A DNA stretch of 64,000 nucleotides from Octopus sinensis (GCF_006345805.1 NC_042999.1:57908001-57972000); one strand, 5' to 3'. Positions 39,201 through 52,355 are shown, counted from the first letter of the stretch. The notes: a model not told the origin generated them from the letters alone. Made by a program: numbers and translations.

Positions 39201-39261
39201 CTATTCTATACACATTCACACAAATTCAAAACAAAATACATACACACACACGCACACACAC

Positions 39262-39300
<39 letters not shown>

Positions 39301-39565
39301 AGTGGGTGGAGATTTCTGTACAGGTTGTGTTATATAAACAAAAAAAATGGATGAAAATGCGCAATAACGTTAAGAGAATTGCCATGATGTTTTTACACAA
39401 ATTAAAGAGACAAAATCAAGTGTAATATTTCATTTAAATATATTATTCAGATGTGGATTTATCAAATAGATATAGTTATATTCATTTGAATATAATATAT
39501 TCAATATATTTTTCGTTTTGGGATTTGGTTTACAAGATTCTTTATATGAGTTCGTGTGTTGAAGC

Positions 39566-39777
39566 ATATTCTATTGTGTCTGGGGAGAGTCATTTTCTCT
39601 TTGTGCCTTATAATTTAACACACTCACCGGTAAAATTTCCACGTTTTTCTTTTTTTTATTGTCCTAAAATTTTCATTGCATCTTGCAACCTTTTCAATAG
39701 TTAGAAATTTTACTGGTGAGTGTGTTACATAATAAGGCACAACAGGAAAATGACTCTCCCCAGACACAATAGAATAT
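39566..39777. repeat. Fold-back, ~74-bp arms, 64-bp spacer
   Basis: ATATTCTATTGTGTCTGGGGAGAGTCATTTTC...GGTAAAATTTC mirrored; right edge abuts TATATA. Confidence 0.9.
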
Positions 39778-40495
39778 TCAATATATATATATAAGATATA
39801 TATAAGGTTGAAAATCTTGTAGCTGGACAGAGAACTGGGATATCAGGTTACAAGAAAAAGCGGAAATGAAAGCAAATGATTAAGTAATAAACCAGTTAGT
39901 GTTGAGTTTTAAACAAAAGACTGCCTCAAGGAGATTGATAGGCAGCTACATTGAAGAAATCAGATAGATAAGTCAATAGGTAAATACTCTATCATATAAA
40001 GAGTGGTTAGTTGCATTTTGATTTAAGGCAGGTCATAAATATTTGTGTTTACTTCACACACCTGCACAGACACACATACACACACACATACGCATGCGTT
40101 TGTGCACTCCCCTTCCCACTCCTAAGTCAATGATATATTGTATATATACAAACAGTATATGAATATTCATGAGTGCACCCATGTAAGTGTATCTGAAGTG
40201 CTCTTAAGTCAAGGAAATTGTTAACCATTTAATCAGGGTTTAAATTTTATATAATTGTCTTCCTTTGTTAATTCATTGTTGTTCCAAGAATTTGCAAAAT
40301 AAAAATATTTTAAAAGTTGATGGTTCCATTCTGGTACTTGTTGCTATATGTCCGTTTAATAAGATTTTCCTGTTTTCTCCCCCACCATTATTTGTTGCTT
40401 GTGCATTGTCAATCTTCTGTGAAACACTAAACATGTCTGTCTTATGTAGTTTTGCAAACATCCACAACATGTAGTTGCACAAATCAAATTAAAAA

Positions 40496-40728
40496 TGTAA
40501 AAATCATGCCAAAACTAACTTCACCTGTGCTAGTGCCATGTAAAAGGCTCTGAGTCCACTCTGTGGAGTGGTTGCTGTTAGGAAGAGCATACAACTGTAA
40601 AATCCCTGGCAAAACAGACACAGTAGCGTGGGGTAATTTTCTTACCTGGCTGGCTCTTGTCAACTGTCTTACCCATGCATGGAAGATGGATGTTAAACAA
40701 CAATGATGATGGTGATGATGATGATGAT
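40496..40728 (+). mobile_element. RTE-type 3' UTR element
   Basis: CCCATGCATGGAAGATGGATGTTAAAC then (GAT)n tail. Confidence 0.75.
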
Positions 40729-40755
40729 ACATATATATAAACACAAATAGTATTT

Positions 40756-40851
40756 AAAATTTACTACAGCTGATTTGATAGAATCTTTATTTAATGTGTT
40801 CATAAAAGAATACATCATAATACATAATCCATCATTATCAGATAAAATTTT
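40756..40851 (-). ncRNA. Decayed hammerhead (same family as 31202-31279)
   Basis: AAAAUUUUAU-CUGAUAA-UGAUGG..CUAUCA-AA-UCAGCUGU-A-GUAAAUUUU; core substitutions. Confidence 0.55.
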
Positions 40852-40915
40852 AAGCAAGGTAAGCTTTTAAACATCAAACTGGACATAATTAACATCCAAA
40901 TTGAAGTTTAAAATA

Positions 40916-42257
40916 TAGGGTGTTTCAAAAGTCTATGTCACATTTTAAGAACTCTTATATCGTGAACTACAAATGGTAGCATGATTGAACTGGTACCATT
41001 TAAAAGCTAAGTGTCAAGTTTCCTTCTGTTAAAATTTAATTTTAATTTAATTAATTAAATTTTTTTTTTTTTTTTTGTCTATTTTCAAACTCAGTAATGT
41101 CATTCACAAAACAAGAGAAGTCATTTTGTGTTCTAGAATATGCTAAAACCGAAGCATGGACACGAGTTGAATGCAAATTTTGTATAATGTTTACCAAGTA
41201 GGCACCAGACAGACATTCCATTTTGAATTGGCAGGCAAAATTTAAGGAGGCGGGGACATTTATGCCTGGCAAAGAGAACAGGATGCCCCTCAACTTCAGA
41301 TGATACAGTTGAACAAGTTCAACAAGCCTTCCAGCGCAGCCCCCAGAAATCAATCAGAATAACCAATTGAGAACTTCAGTTTCCATCAACGACTGTTTGG
41401 TGCATCTTAAGGAGACAGCTGCAGTTCACACCATACAAGCTGCAATTGGTTCAACAGTTGAAGGACACTGATAAACCTATTCACCATGAATTTTGCACAG
41501 AAATGCCAGAGAGGTTGGAAGAAGATGGATTTAATGACCGGCTTGTTTTTAGCAACAAGGCAACCTTCCACGAAAGTGGCAAAGTTAACAAGCATAACAC
41601 ACACATATGGTGAACTGAGAACCCTCATATAACGCTGGATCATGTGTGAGATTCCCTTAAGGTAAATGTGTTCTGTGCTATATCAAAGAAATATGTGTAT
41701 GGACCATTCTTCTTTGAAGAAGGAACAGTCAATGGTGAAATGTACCTTGCCATACTGCAAAACTGGTTGATGGAAACATTGCATGAGGAGGAGTCTGCAG
41801 ACTTCATTTTCCAACAGGATGGGACATCACCTCACTGGAGTCTTAAATTTAGTATCTAAACACCACTCTGCCTGATAGACGGGTCAGGACGTTCCGGACA
41901 AACTGACTGCTTGTTCCTGTGATGGCCACCTGGGTCTCCAGACCTCACACCCACCAGAGGACTTCTTCCTCTGGCGGGTATGTGAAAGGTCTCTCAGACG
42001 TGGATGATCTGAAGACTCAAATAACTGAAGCCTTGGCAACCATCGACAATGCTATGCCTGGTTATGCTTGACAAGAATTGGATTATCGTTTGGATGTGTG
42101 TCATGTAACCCAAGGCACTCACATTGAACATCTATAAAAACCTGTATAGAAAAGTGGAAATATTAGCTTTCAGAAAATATAAATTGTGTTTTGATATCCT
42201 CAGTAGTCATTAAGATATACAGTGTCGTAATGTGACATAGACTTTTGAAACACCTTG
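40916..42257 (+). mobile_element. Tc1/mariner-superfamily transposon, full length, decayed (rosa/DD41D-like motifs)
   Basis: TA TSD, TIR (T)AGGGTGTTTCAAAAGTCTATGTCACATT / AATGTGACATAGACTTTTGAAACACCTTG; KVNVFCAIS..GPFFF, FQQDG..PHW, WPP.SPDLTP.DFFLW. Confidence 0.92.
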
Positions 42258-42269
42258 TATTACCCATTT

Positions 42270-42312
42270 AAAATTTTATCTGATGATGATGAAAATAGCT
42301 GTTGTAAATTTT
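42270..42312 (+). ncRNA. Hammerhead relic with stem II deleted (mirror of 40756-40851)
   Basis: AAAAUUUUAU-CUGAUGA-UGAU-GAAA-AUAGCUGU-U-GUAAAUUUU. Confidence 0.55.
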
Positions 42313-43384
42313 AAACACCATTTGCATTTACATTTTATTTCTATGCCATATGAAGGACCCATTCACAAGTCAGATTTAAGGTTTAAATTAGATTTAGGTG
42401 TAGCAAATGGCGGTGCCCCAGCATGGCCACAGCTCATAAGCTGAAACTAGAATCAATCAATCAATCATATCTACAGTATCCTACCAACACTTGATACATT
42501 CAGTGCTGTTTATTTCAGTGTAAGCTCTATGTTATGACCGAACCATTTCTGGCATCCTATAAATTGATGTGCCTTGGTTCTTATGAATTTATATAATATA
42601 TTCTTTTGTGTGTTTCAGCCAAAAGAGTGTGGCCATTCTGGGCACCATCAGTGTTATCTCCTTTTCAATGGTTATACTTATGCGATTGGCTTTTGGTGAA
42701 GGAGGGAGTTCAACATTGCTTCTCAGTATTGAGTTTCTTGCCATGATGTAGGTTCATCTGGGGCCTTGAACAGCAGGAGGACAAGTTGCTTCTTGAAAAC
42801 ATCTATCCTTACTCCATATAGATCCCTCAGATGTATGTATATATATGTGTGTATATATGTATATAATGAAGGTAGTGGGTAGCAATTTTCTTCACTACTT
42901 CAGGGAGTGATGTCCCTGCCTGACACAAGTTCTGGGCTCAGCTGGCTCCAGCTGACAGTACCTGGTATGGACCCCTATCCAAGATTACGGGAAGGAGACA
43001 ACCTTCAAAGAAATCAGGAGTAGTGCCCTGTAGGCTGTTTAGTGTTCGATTCAACACTCTTCCAGCAGCTCCTGCAACCAAGCTGGTGCCAAACGTAATG
43101 CTCTGCACTCTTTTGGACTATGTCAGCAAGGTTGAGACTGGGCTACCCAGGATTTTCTTACATCTAGCCCAGGCCCGCGCAAAACTGGAGAGGACATGAA
43201 ATGTAAACACCAGACTGGATTAGTTGTTTATGTGCAACTCCATTGTCTCCCGAGACAAAAAGATGCCAACAACAATATGTATATAATACATGTATATATG
43301 TATGTGTATGTGTATATAATACAAGTACATATATGTATGTAAATGTATATGATATATACACACACAAAATATATACATAGACAC

Positions 43385-43442
<58 letters not shown>

Positions 43443-43444
<2 letters not shown>

Positions 43445-43690
43445 CATCATCATGATTGTTTAACATCTGCTTTCCATGCTAGCATGGGTTGGACGGTTTG
43501 GCTGAGGACTGGCAAGCCAGTAGGCTGCATCAGGCTCCAGTCTAATCTAGCAAGGTTTGTACAGCTGGATATCTTTCCTAACACCAACCACTCTGAGAGT
43601 GTAGTGGGTGCTTTTTACATGCCACCAGCATGGGAGCCAATCAAGGATGGTGCCTGTTAAGTGCCACTGGCATGAGAGCCAGTCAAAGGG
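43443..43690 (-). mobile_element. RTE-type 3' UTR element
   Basis: Same family as 35580-35838. Confidence 0.8.
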
Positions 43691-43841
43691 CATTGATATG
43701 TACATATATACTACAGGGCTATAGTAGAAGACATTTACCTAAGTTGCTTTGCAGTGGGAGTGATCTCAAAACAACAGGGTTGGGTAGCAACTTCTTAACC
43801 ATACTACTATTCTTTTTATGCATATGCATGTATGTATGTGT

Positions 43842-44131
43842 GGAGGCACATGGCCTAGTGGTTAGAGCAGTGGACTCGCGGTTGAGGGAACGCGGGTTCA
43901 AATCTCAGACCGGGCGATGTGTGTGTTTATGAGCAAAACACCTAAGCTCCATGTGGCTCCGGCAGAAGGTAATGGCAAACTTCTGCTGACTCTTTCGCCA
44001 CAACTCTCTCTCACTCTTTTCTCCTGCATCTTGCAGCTCACCTGTGATGGACCGGCATCCCGTCCAGGTGGGGAACCTATACGCCAAGGAAACTAGCCCT
44101 TATGAGCCAGGCATGGCTTGAGAAGAAACAA
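43842..44131 (+). mobile_element. SINE family C
   Basis: GGAGGCACATGGCCTAGTGG head, GGGTTCAAATCTC, CCTGTGATGGACCGGCATCCCGTCCAGG core. Confidence 0.85.
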
Positions 44132-44171
44132 TCAAAAACATGTATGTATGTATAGATGGATGGATGATATA

Positions 44172-44336
44172 CGAGGGGGCGCTGAAGAAATTCCTAGCTT
44201 TAAGGGTACACGAAAGGTCTGATTGGAAGCCTGACCTTCCAAGTTCTTTTACGAGGCTTAAAACTGAAGGACCACTGCATTAAGTGTGTGAATCTGAGAG
44301 GGAAATATGTTGAACTTTTCAGCACCCCACTCCTTG
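44172..44336. mobile_element. mariner-derived MITE (165 bp)
   Basis: TA-CGAGGGGGCGCTGAA...TTCAGCACCCCACTCCTTG-TA. Confidence 0.72.
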
Positions 44337-44851
44337 TATATATGTAATGTTGAGGCATCACAGAAGTGGTGTATAGCAATTCTCATCCAAGTATGTGGCT
44401 TCCTGAGAGTAGATGTCATTGATTAGGTATGAAAACGTTGAAATGCCCCTGGTGTTCTCACTAACAGCTGTCAGGACTGTTTGTTTGTTGCTGATATATT
44501 GTTTTCATCACAGCATGTCCAATAACAGATTTTTCTTCAATGAAAACAATATTAACTTGCCTGCCTACACTGTATATACATAAGAATAATGCATAGATAG
44601 CTATTTTATTTAAATATTACTTCAGTTATGTACACAACATTATTTATTCAGCCTGACAGTTATTTGCAAAACTTGTGAATGCATTATTCACTGTTTCTTA
44701 TACCAGGGGAGACAAATTTTGTCCTGTCATGTGGCTAGTTGCAAATACTCATCATTGATAAAGTCCACTGAAGCCAAAATGTACCTGGCATTCTCACTGG
44801 CACTGATGGGATGATTTGTCATCTTCCATGATATTCTTCTACATGTTTCAA

Positions 44852-45265
44852 ATTTCTTTATTGCCCACAGGGGGCTAAACACAGAGGAAACAGACAAGGA
44901 AACACAAAGGGATTAAGTCGATTACATCAACCCCAGTGCGTAACTGGTACTTAATTTATTGACCCCAGAAGAATGAAAGGTAAAGTCGACCTCGACAGAA
45001 TTTGAACTCACAATGTAACAGCAGACGAAATACCTATTTCTTTACTACTCACAAGGGGCTAAACACAGAGGGGACAAACAAGGACAGACAAACAGATTAA
45101 GTCGATTATACTGACCCCAGTGTGTAACGGGTACTTATTTAATCGACCCTGAAAGGATGAATGGTAAAGTCGACCTCGACAGAATTTGAACTCAGAACAT
45201 AACAGCAGATGAAATACCGATAAGCATTTTGTCCGGCATGCTAACGTTTCTGCCAGCTCATCGTC
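44852..45265 (-). mobile_element. Head-to-tail dimer of SINE family B
   Basis: Complete copy 45035-45265 joined to head-less copy 44852-45034 at GAAATACC/TATTTC. Confidence 0.88.
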
Positions 45266-45272
45266 TTATATA

Positions 45273-45638
45273 TTCTTCTACATGTTTCAGTCATTTGACT
45301 GTGACCATGCTGGAGCACCACCTTGAAGGGTTTTTAGTTGAAGAAATTGCCCCCAGGACTTATTCTTCATAAGCCTAGTACTTATTCTATCAGTTCTTTT
45401 GCTGAACTGCTAAGTTACAGGGATGTAAACACACCAACATCAGTTGGCAAGCAATGGTGGAGGGGCAAACATACGTAAACACATACATATAGATAGATAC
45501 GATGGGCATCTTTCAGTTTCCATCTACCAAATCTACTCACAAGTAGAAGACACTTGCTCAAGGTGCCATACAGTGGGACTGAACCCAAAGCCATGAGGTT
45601 GGGAAGTGAGCTTCTAACCACACAGCCATGCCTGCACC
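45273..45638 (-). mobile_element. SINE family A
   Basis: Family consensus, small internal deletion. Confidence 0.85.
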
Positions 45639-46400
45639 TATGTATGATATATGTATGTATTGTATTTTTTAATATAGCATGCCCATAAGATGTTTTATCT
45701 CGGACAAAAGCTGCAGTAATTTGCTTGCCAACTGTATATACATGGCTCTCTCTGTTTCTGTCTCTCTCTCTCACTATTTATATATATATATATGCTAGCT
45801 CCTGATCTGTGTATTCCACCCACGCGTAATCAGAAAATTTTTAACTCACCCTACCCCAACAAACCAATCTACATCCCCACATCTCTTCTCTTTTTCCCTC
45901 CTTCATACACTTTGCCTCGCTCTCACTGCCCAATCCTGTCCTTACAGCCCTGTTCCTCTGTATCATTGCCATCCGGTAGCCCCACCCCCAACTCTATAGC
46001 TACCCAGGTTTTTGCCACTCACTCCCTCTCCTTCGCACTCTTTAATCAAACTTCTTTTGCTATATCCTGCCACTAATATATTATGGCATTCGAATCTCAA
46101 TGCTGTGCTCTGGCACTTGCCACCATCTCTTTCGCTCTCTTCCTTTATTCAACCATCCCATTTATATTCTGATCCCCATCCCTTGTGAGTATGCCCAGCA
46201 TTTTGCCACCATCCCTATCCCGCTGTCTTCCACTCTTTCTCCATCTCCTGCACTTCCCTCAGGTTGGGTAACCATTGTATTTCCTTTGCAGCAGCACACC
46301 TGTTTCTGTCTTCATTCCTGACCTCTCTCTCTCCTCAGCCAGGTAACCTTGTACTTCCTCTACAGCAAGATACCTTTATCTGTCTCTCTGTCTCACTATA

Positions 46401-46758
46401 ACCATGCTGGAGCACTGCCTTTAGTCAGACAAATTGACTCCAGGACTTATTCTTTGTAAGTCTAGTACTTATTCTATCGGTCTCTTTTGCCAAACCGCTA
46501 AGTTACAGGGACATAAACACACCAACATCGGTTGTCAAGCGATGTTGGGGGTACGAACACAGATACGCAAACAAACACTCATACACACATATATATGATG
46601 AGCTTCTTTCAGTTTCCTTCTACCAACTCCACTCACAAGGCTTTGGTTGGTCTGAGGCTATAATAGAAGACACTTGCCCAAGGTGCCATGCAGTGGGACT
46701 GAACCCTGGACCATGTGGTTGAAAAGCAAGCTACTTACCACACAGCCACACCTGCACC
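46401..46758 (-). mobile_element. SINE family A
   Basis: Family consensus. Confidence 0.85.
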
Positions 46759-46787
46759 TATAAAAAAGACTTTCCCAAGCAGGGAAC

Positions 46788-46820
<33 letters not shown>

Positions 46821-46961
46821 TGTATGTATGTATGTGTATGTATGCATGCATGCATGTATGTATGTATGTATGTGTGTATGCATGTATGTATGCATATATG
46901 TATGGCTGCAGTGTAATGACTGAAACAAGTAAAAGAATAAAAGAATAACAGAATATATATA

Positions 46962-48164
46962 CAGGGGTTGGACAAAATAATGGAAACACCGAGCATCATA
47001 GTTTTAAAATATCTATAAAACCGTCAAAAGCTTGTTTGTTTTTTATTTTTTTAAATTTATTATTAGTGTTGCTTAATATGTTTTGCTAAAATTGCTGTTT
47101 CGTTTCAGATATCATCAGAAAAATGTAATTAAAATTCATTAAAATGACAGAACTGTTGTATTTTCAAAGAGGTCAAATTGTTGGTGCTCGTATGGCAGAT
47201 GCCAGCATAACAAAAACAGCCGAAATGTTTGGTGTATCAAGAAGAACTGTCTCAAAAGTAATGACAGCCTTTGAGAAAGAGGGAAAAACCTCCTCATAGA
47301 AACAAAACTCTCAGATAGGGACTGTCAGACTCTTATGCGAATTGTTAGAAAGGATCACAAAAGTACAGCTACCAAAATTACTACAGAGCTTAATGATCAC
47401 CTCGAGAACCCAGTTTCCACAAAGACTGTTCACCATGAGCTGCACAAAGCCAGATTTCACGGGAGGGCTGCAATCAGAAAACCACTACTTTCAAAAACAA
47501 ACATTGCAAAGCATTTAGAGTGGAGTAAAAATCTACAGAATTGGTCCCTAGAGCAGTGGAAGAATATTATTTTCTTGGACAAGTCATCCATTACCATATT
47601 TCCGACTACAGGCCGAGTATATGTGAGGTGACAACCAAAAGAAGCATTTGATCCACACTGCCTTCTTCCAACTGTTAAATATGGAGGAGGATCTGTGATG
47701 ATCTGGTGGTGCTATATCTTGGAAATCCGTTGGCCCAATGGTTTCCTTACATGGCAGAACTTATAGTCATGACTATTTAAGCATGGTTGCAGAACTCTTT
47801 CAGAATGATAATGCACCAATTTACATGGCTCAAGTTGTTACTGAACAGCACGAGGACCATTCTAGTGTAGCTGAACATCTTATCTGGCCACCACAGTCCC
47901 CAGATCTCAATATTATAGAACATTTATGGTGCATTTTAGAAAAACAAGTAAAGAGTCAATATCCTCCACCATCATCACTACAAGAACTGGAGACTGTTTT
48001 TTGCTGAAGAATGGACAGAATTCCTTTGGAAACAATTCAAACTTTGTATGAGTCCATACCTCATAGAATTGAAGATGTAACTACTGCCAAAGGTGGTTCT
48101 ACCCCACATTAAAATAAATTTGTTTCAAATTTTAAGGTGTTTCCATTATTTTGTCCAACCTCTG
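46962..48164 (+). mobile_element. Tc1-like (DD34E) transposon, near full length, decayed
   Basis: TA TSD, TIR CAGGGGTTGGACAAAATAATGGAAACACC / GGTGTTTCCATTATTTTGTCCAACCTCTG; ATG 47144, GRAAIRKPLL, FQNDNAP, WPPQSPDLNIIEHLW. Confidence 0.95.
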
Positions 48165-48182
48165 TATATATATGTGTGTGTG

Positions 48183-48214
<32 letters not shown>

Positions 48215-48227
48215 TATACATACATAC

Positions 48228-48742
48228 AGGTGGTGAAACACGACCTTCAAACATTAGGACTCACCGAGGCAATGACTAGTGACCGAGACCTTTGGAAGTA
48301 TGCTGTGCGTGAGAAGACCCGGCAGGACAAGTGAGGCCATAACCCATGGCCTCTACTTGGGATGTAGCCAGCCCACTTATGCATACCTTTCCTTCTTGGA
48401 ACACAAAACTCTGCTTGCGAAGACCTGCAAGTGAAATTGGAATCGAAATCGAAATTGCTGAAAAATCAATAGAAATTGTAGTTGTGATACCAGTGCTGGT
48501 GGCACGTAAAAGAACCATCTGCACATGGCTATTGCCAGTGCCGGCCCGATTGGCCTCCGTGCCGGTGGCACGTAAAAAGCACCCACTACACTCACGGAGT
48601 GGTTGGCATTAGGAAGGGCATCCAGCTGTAGAAACACTGCCAGATCAGACTGGGCCTGGTGCTGCCTCCTGGCTTCCCAGACCCCAGTCGAACAGTCCAA
48701 CCCATGCTAGCATGGAAAGCGGACGTTAAACGATGATGATGA
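48228..48742 (+). mobile_element. RTE-like LINE 3' end (VVKHDLQTLGLTEAMTSDRDLW + 3' UTR + (GAT)n)
   Basis: Matches the C-terminus and UTR of the 18391-19375 element. Confidence 0.85.
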
Positions 48743-48839
48743 TATATATATACATACATATATATGTATGTATGTATATGTATATATATATATGTGTATG
48801 TATATGTATATATATGTGTATGTATATATATATATATTA

Positions 48840-49205
48840 TTCTTTTGTCTCAGTCATTTGACTGCAGCCATACTGGAGCACCACCTTTTAGTCGAGCAAA
48901 TCAATCCCAGGTCTTATTACTTGTAAGCTTAGTACTTATTCTATCAGGCTCTTTTTGTCGAACTGCTAAGTTACGGGAACGTAAACATACCACCATTGGT
49001 TGTCAAGCGGTGGTGGGGGGCAAACACAGATACACACACATATTTATACGACGGGCTTCTTTCACTTTCTGTCTACCAAATCCATTCACAAAGCTATGGT
49101 CAGCCCGAGGTAGAAGATACTTGCCCAAGGTGCCACGCAGTGGGACTGAACCCGGAACTGTGTGGTTGGTAAGCAAGCTACTTACCACATAGCCACTCCT
49201 GCGCC
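48840..49205 (-). mobile_element. SINE family A
   Basis: Family consensus with complete head. Confidence 0.88.
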
Positions 49206-49448
49206 TATATATGAAACATGTCTGCAGCTGTCTGACTGGCAGGATGAAGCGGCTGACCTCCCCTGTTCGAAGGTTTATAATGGACGCAGGTTGTGTGTCA
49301 AATAGCTAGCTTGAGGCGGTGGCCTCTTGGAGCTAATCAGCGACAGCTTTAGTCTTATATTTATAAGACTGCCATATAAGTATGGCGATAACTATTAATT
49401 TCCAGTAACGCTGCCGTAATCTCCTTTAGAGAGACTTAGTAATTTTAA

Positions 49449-49484
<36 letters not shown>

Positions 49485-49486
<2 letters not shown>

Positions 49487-49560
49487 AAGCTTTTCTTCAG
49501 AAACAGGAGAGAGAGTAAAGGAAGACGGAGGAAAAATATTGCCAATGATTGAAATGTAGT
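49485..49560 (-). mobile_element. Truncated copy of the 37087-37180 HHR-bearing element
   Basis: GTTT-CTGAAGA-AAAG then cut by (TA)n; flank GAAGACGGAGGAAAAA..GCCAA shared with ~37150-37175. Confidence 0.65.
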
Positions 49561-49633
49561 TACATTTTGAAATATATATATATATATGTAGACAAACCAA
49601 TATTAGCCGAGATGTGGCTGCAGGAGACAGATA

Positions 49634-50190
49634 TTGGGTTGTCCGGAAAGTTTGTGCCAATTTACAGTTGCTTACCTTTCGACTTACTTTAGAACATGGT
49701 TGAATCCATAAAATAGGATTTGACTACACCTCCATTTAGAGCACAGTTTAAGCTATCTTTTCCTGGAAGAAGGTTTATGTTCCTATAACCTGTGTTAATT
49801 CTGTAACCCTTTAAAATGGAAGGAAAGAAAGTCCATTTTCGGCACTTGATGCTTTGGGAACCAGACAAAAATTGCTGCAGCTCGGCTGGGATGTGTTACC
49901 CCACCCTCCATATTCACCAGATATTGCTCCTTCGGATTTCCACTTATTCAGGTCTCTGCAGAATAGTCTTAATGGTAAAAATTTCAATTCCTTGGGCAAC
50001 ATAAAAAGATACCTTGATGAATTCTTTGCCATGAAACCACCTCAAGAGGGTATTTTCAAGTTAAAGAAAAGATGAAGATGCATTGTGCAACAAAATGGTT
50101 CATATTTGGTTGATTAAAAATGTAATGGCAAGTATTTATTGACCTTTTCCTTTCCTTTAAAAATCGGCACGAACTTTCCGGACAACCCAA
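49634..50190 (+). mobile_element. Internally deleted mariner (557 bp)
   Basis: TA TSD, TIR TTGGGTTGTCCGGAAAGTT(T/C)GTGCC; MEGKKVHFRHLML fused to HPPYSPDIAPSDFHLF. Confidence 0.93.
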
Positions 50191-52355
50191 TATAAACACT
50201 AAAACACACACACACACAATAGGCCACTTTCATTTTCCGTCTGTGATGAGGTTTTGGTCGACTTAATGCTATAGAACTATAGAAGACAGTTGCCTAAGGT
50301 GGAATGCAGTGGCACTGAATCCAGCAGCATGTGTTTGAGAAGCAGACATCAGGCACATTTGCACCAATAAAAATTACACTTAACAGGGCATAGTTTTGAC
50401 CTATGGATCTCTGGGTTATGAGCCTAACACACTTCCACCGTGCCACTAGTACGTGTGTGTGTAAGATATATTACACACACGCACACACATGCAAATGTTA
50501 TCCTTTAGTCGCACCTCTTAGTAATTTTCCTTTTGATTTTTCATTTTCTTTTGCTTGCATTGTAAGCTATATTAGTTGAATTTTTCACATTTTGTTAAAT
50601 ATATTAAATATTCTTATGATTGCATTATTGAGTTCCAAATGTCAAACCAAATATGGACAAGAAAATTGATTTCTGTAGAAATGAAAATTGAAATGCTAAA
50701 TCAACAAAAAAAAAAAAAAAAAAAATTTGAAATTTCACAGAAATAATTGTTACTGTAAATAAACTGAATGAAGTGGCTGGATGTTCCACAGAAAAATGTA
50801 GACTTAATGTATTTCTCAAGTCGAATCTGTATGACGCTGTGCAATAAGGTAGGATATTTAGATCACAATTACAGACAACGAGCTTCTAAACAGTTTCCGT
50901 CTATTCATATTCACATTCATGGTTTGGATCCATCTAACGCTATAGTTAAGACACTTGCCCAAGACGTCACGCAGTGGAATTGAACTGGGTTTCTCATTGT
51001 TGGAAAGTAAACTTCTTAACTACTGACCAGTCAGTCATGCTCACACCTATCTATCTATCTGCCTGCGCCCCCACCTCGCATCACTTTTATGTGTACAAAG
51101 GAACGAGCGCTCAATAATTCTATATTTTATATATATGTTTATAGTTATAATTAAAGAGTTAATGATTCAGTTATTCAAATTTAGAGTAATGTGGTAGGGA
51201 ATCATAATCTATTGTTTATATGTGTGTATTTATGTAGGCGAGAGAAAGAAAGAGACAGAGATAGAAGGGGTGCAGTTTATCTTAATCATTTTGAGTTTTT
51301 CAAGAGTTAATCATCAACTGTTATTTATTGTTGTAATTATTTTTATATTTATTGGAAAATTGATTTCTTTAATAGTACATCTTGTTATCTGTCCCTGAAA
51401 ACTATGTCCCATGTTGTTTTTATTTTTTGGTTAATGTGATGGCTTCCGTCCACCACTATTCTTTGATTCAGGAAATATGTATGCTTTCCAATATACCGTA
51501 GTACTCATATTTTTTTCTTTTTTCCGTTATGTGTCGGTCTGGTGAGGAGTCCCTTTCTTATAAATTGTATTTTATAATAATTTTATTACATTATGTCTCC
51601 TAAAAAGGTTGTACCTGTAGAAGCATGCATTTTGAGTGGTTTAAAGTTAACTGAAACAATCCTGAAATTTGTTACTGAGCCAATCCCCTACATTTATTAC
51701 TGAACAGAATAAAGAAATCGTTAGCATATACGCGTGCATGCTGGCTATTTTATTGACATTCATCGATAACTGATTCTGACGAATTAAAGTCTTTTTATAA
51801 GCTTCGAACACTTCGGTACGTAATACCGGTACAAAACACCGGGTACTTTTCCGGACAATTTAACTGATCCTGACATAGGTTTTCCTTTCCTCGGCATTAC
51901 ATACGTGTTCATAAACAGAACATAAATCTTTTGCATGGCTGACTTATTTTCGGTAATATTGCCATGAATAAAATTTCCTGTTTACACGCGGTTTTTTTTT
52001 CTACAAATGCTTTGTTAAAACAGTATTATCCAACTACTGTGGCTGTGCATCCATGGTCGTTCTCCGATAAATATTTACCGAGAAGCTTATTTTCCGAACT
52101 TCTTATATTCATAGCTCACTGGAAGTTAGATACACATGCATTTTAATATCTTTATTATTATTATTATTCCTTAAATTCATTAGATAAATATGGAAGCAAT
52201 TTGAAAATAAATTGAAAACTCCATCATAGGAATTTTGACAGCAACTGAACTTTCGGAAGTCTTGTATATTTCTATGGTCCTAGGTAATGAGTTTTCAGTG
52301 CACGTGTTGTTTCTGTATACGCATGTAAGTATATAATATAAATAAAGTCAGCTAA

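Noticed and set aside
44400-44476. AACAGCTGT-C-AGGA, HHR 3'-half-like
   Set aside because: Neither CUGANGA nor GAAA is intact
45790-46390. CT-rich segment possibly a decayed retroelement 3' end
   Set aside because: No motif I can support; left unannotated
47095-47125. CTGATGA-TATCT-GAAACG on the minus strand
   Set aside because: Inside the Tc1 5' region, lacks U16.1 and stem II; likely chance
51505-51530. CTGGTGAGGAG HHR-like start with upstream possible PLE coding relic
   Set aside because: No GAAA half and the peptide similarity is not convincing
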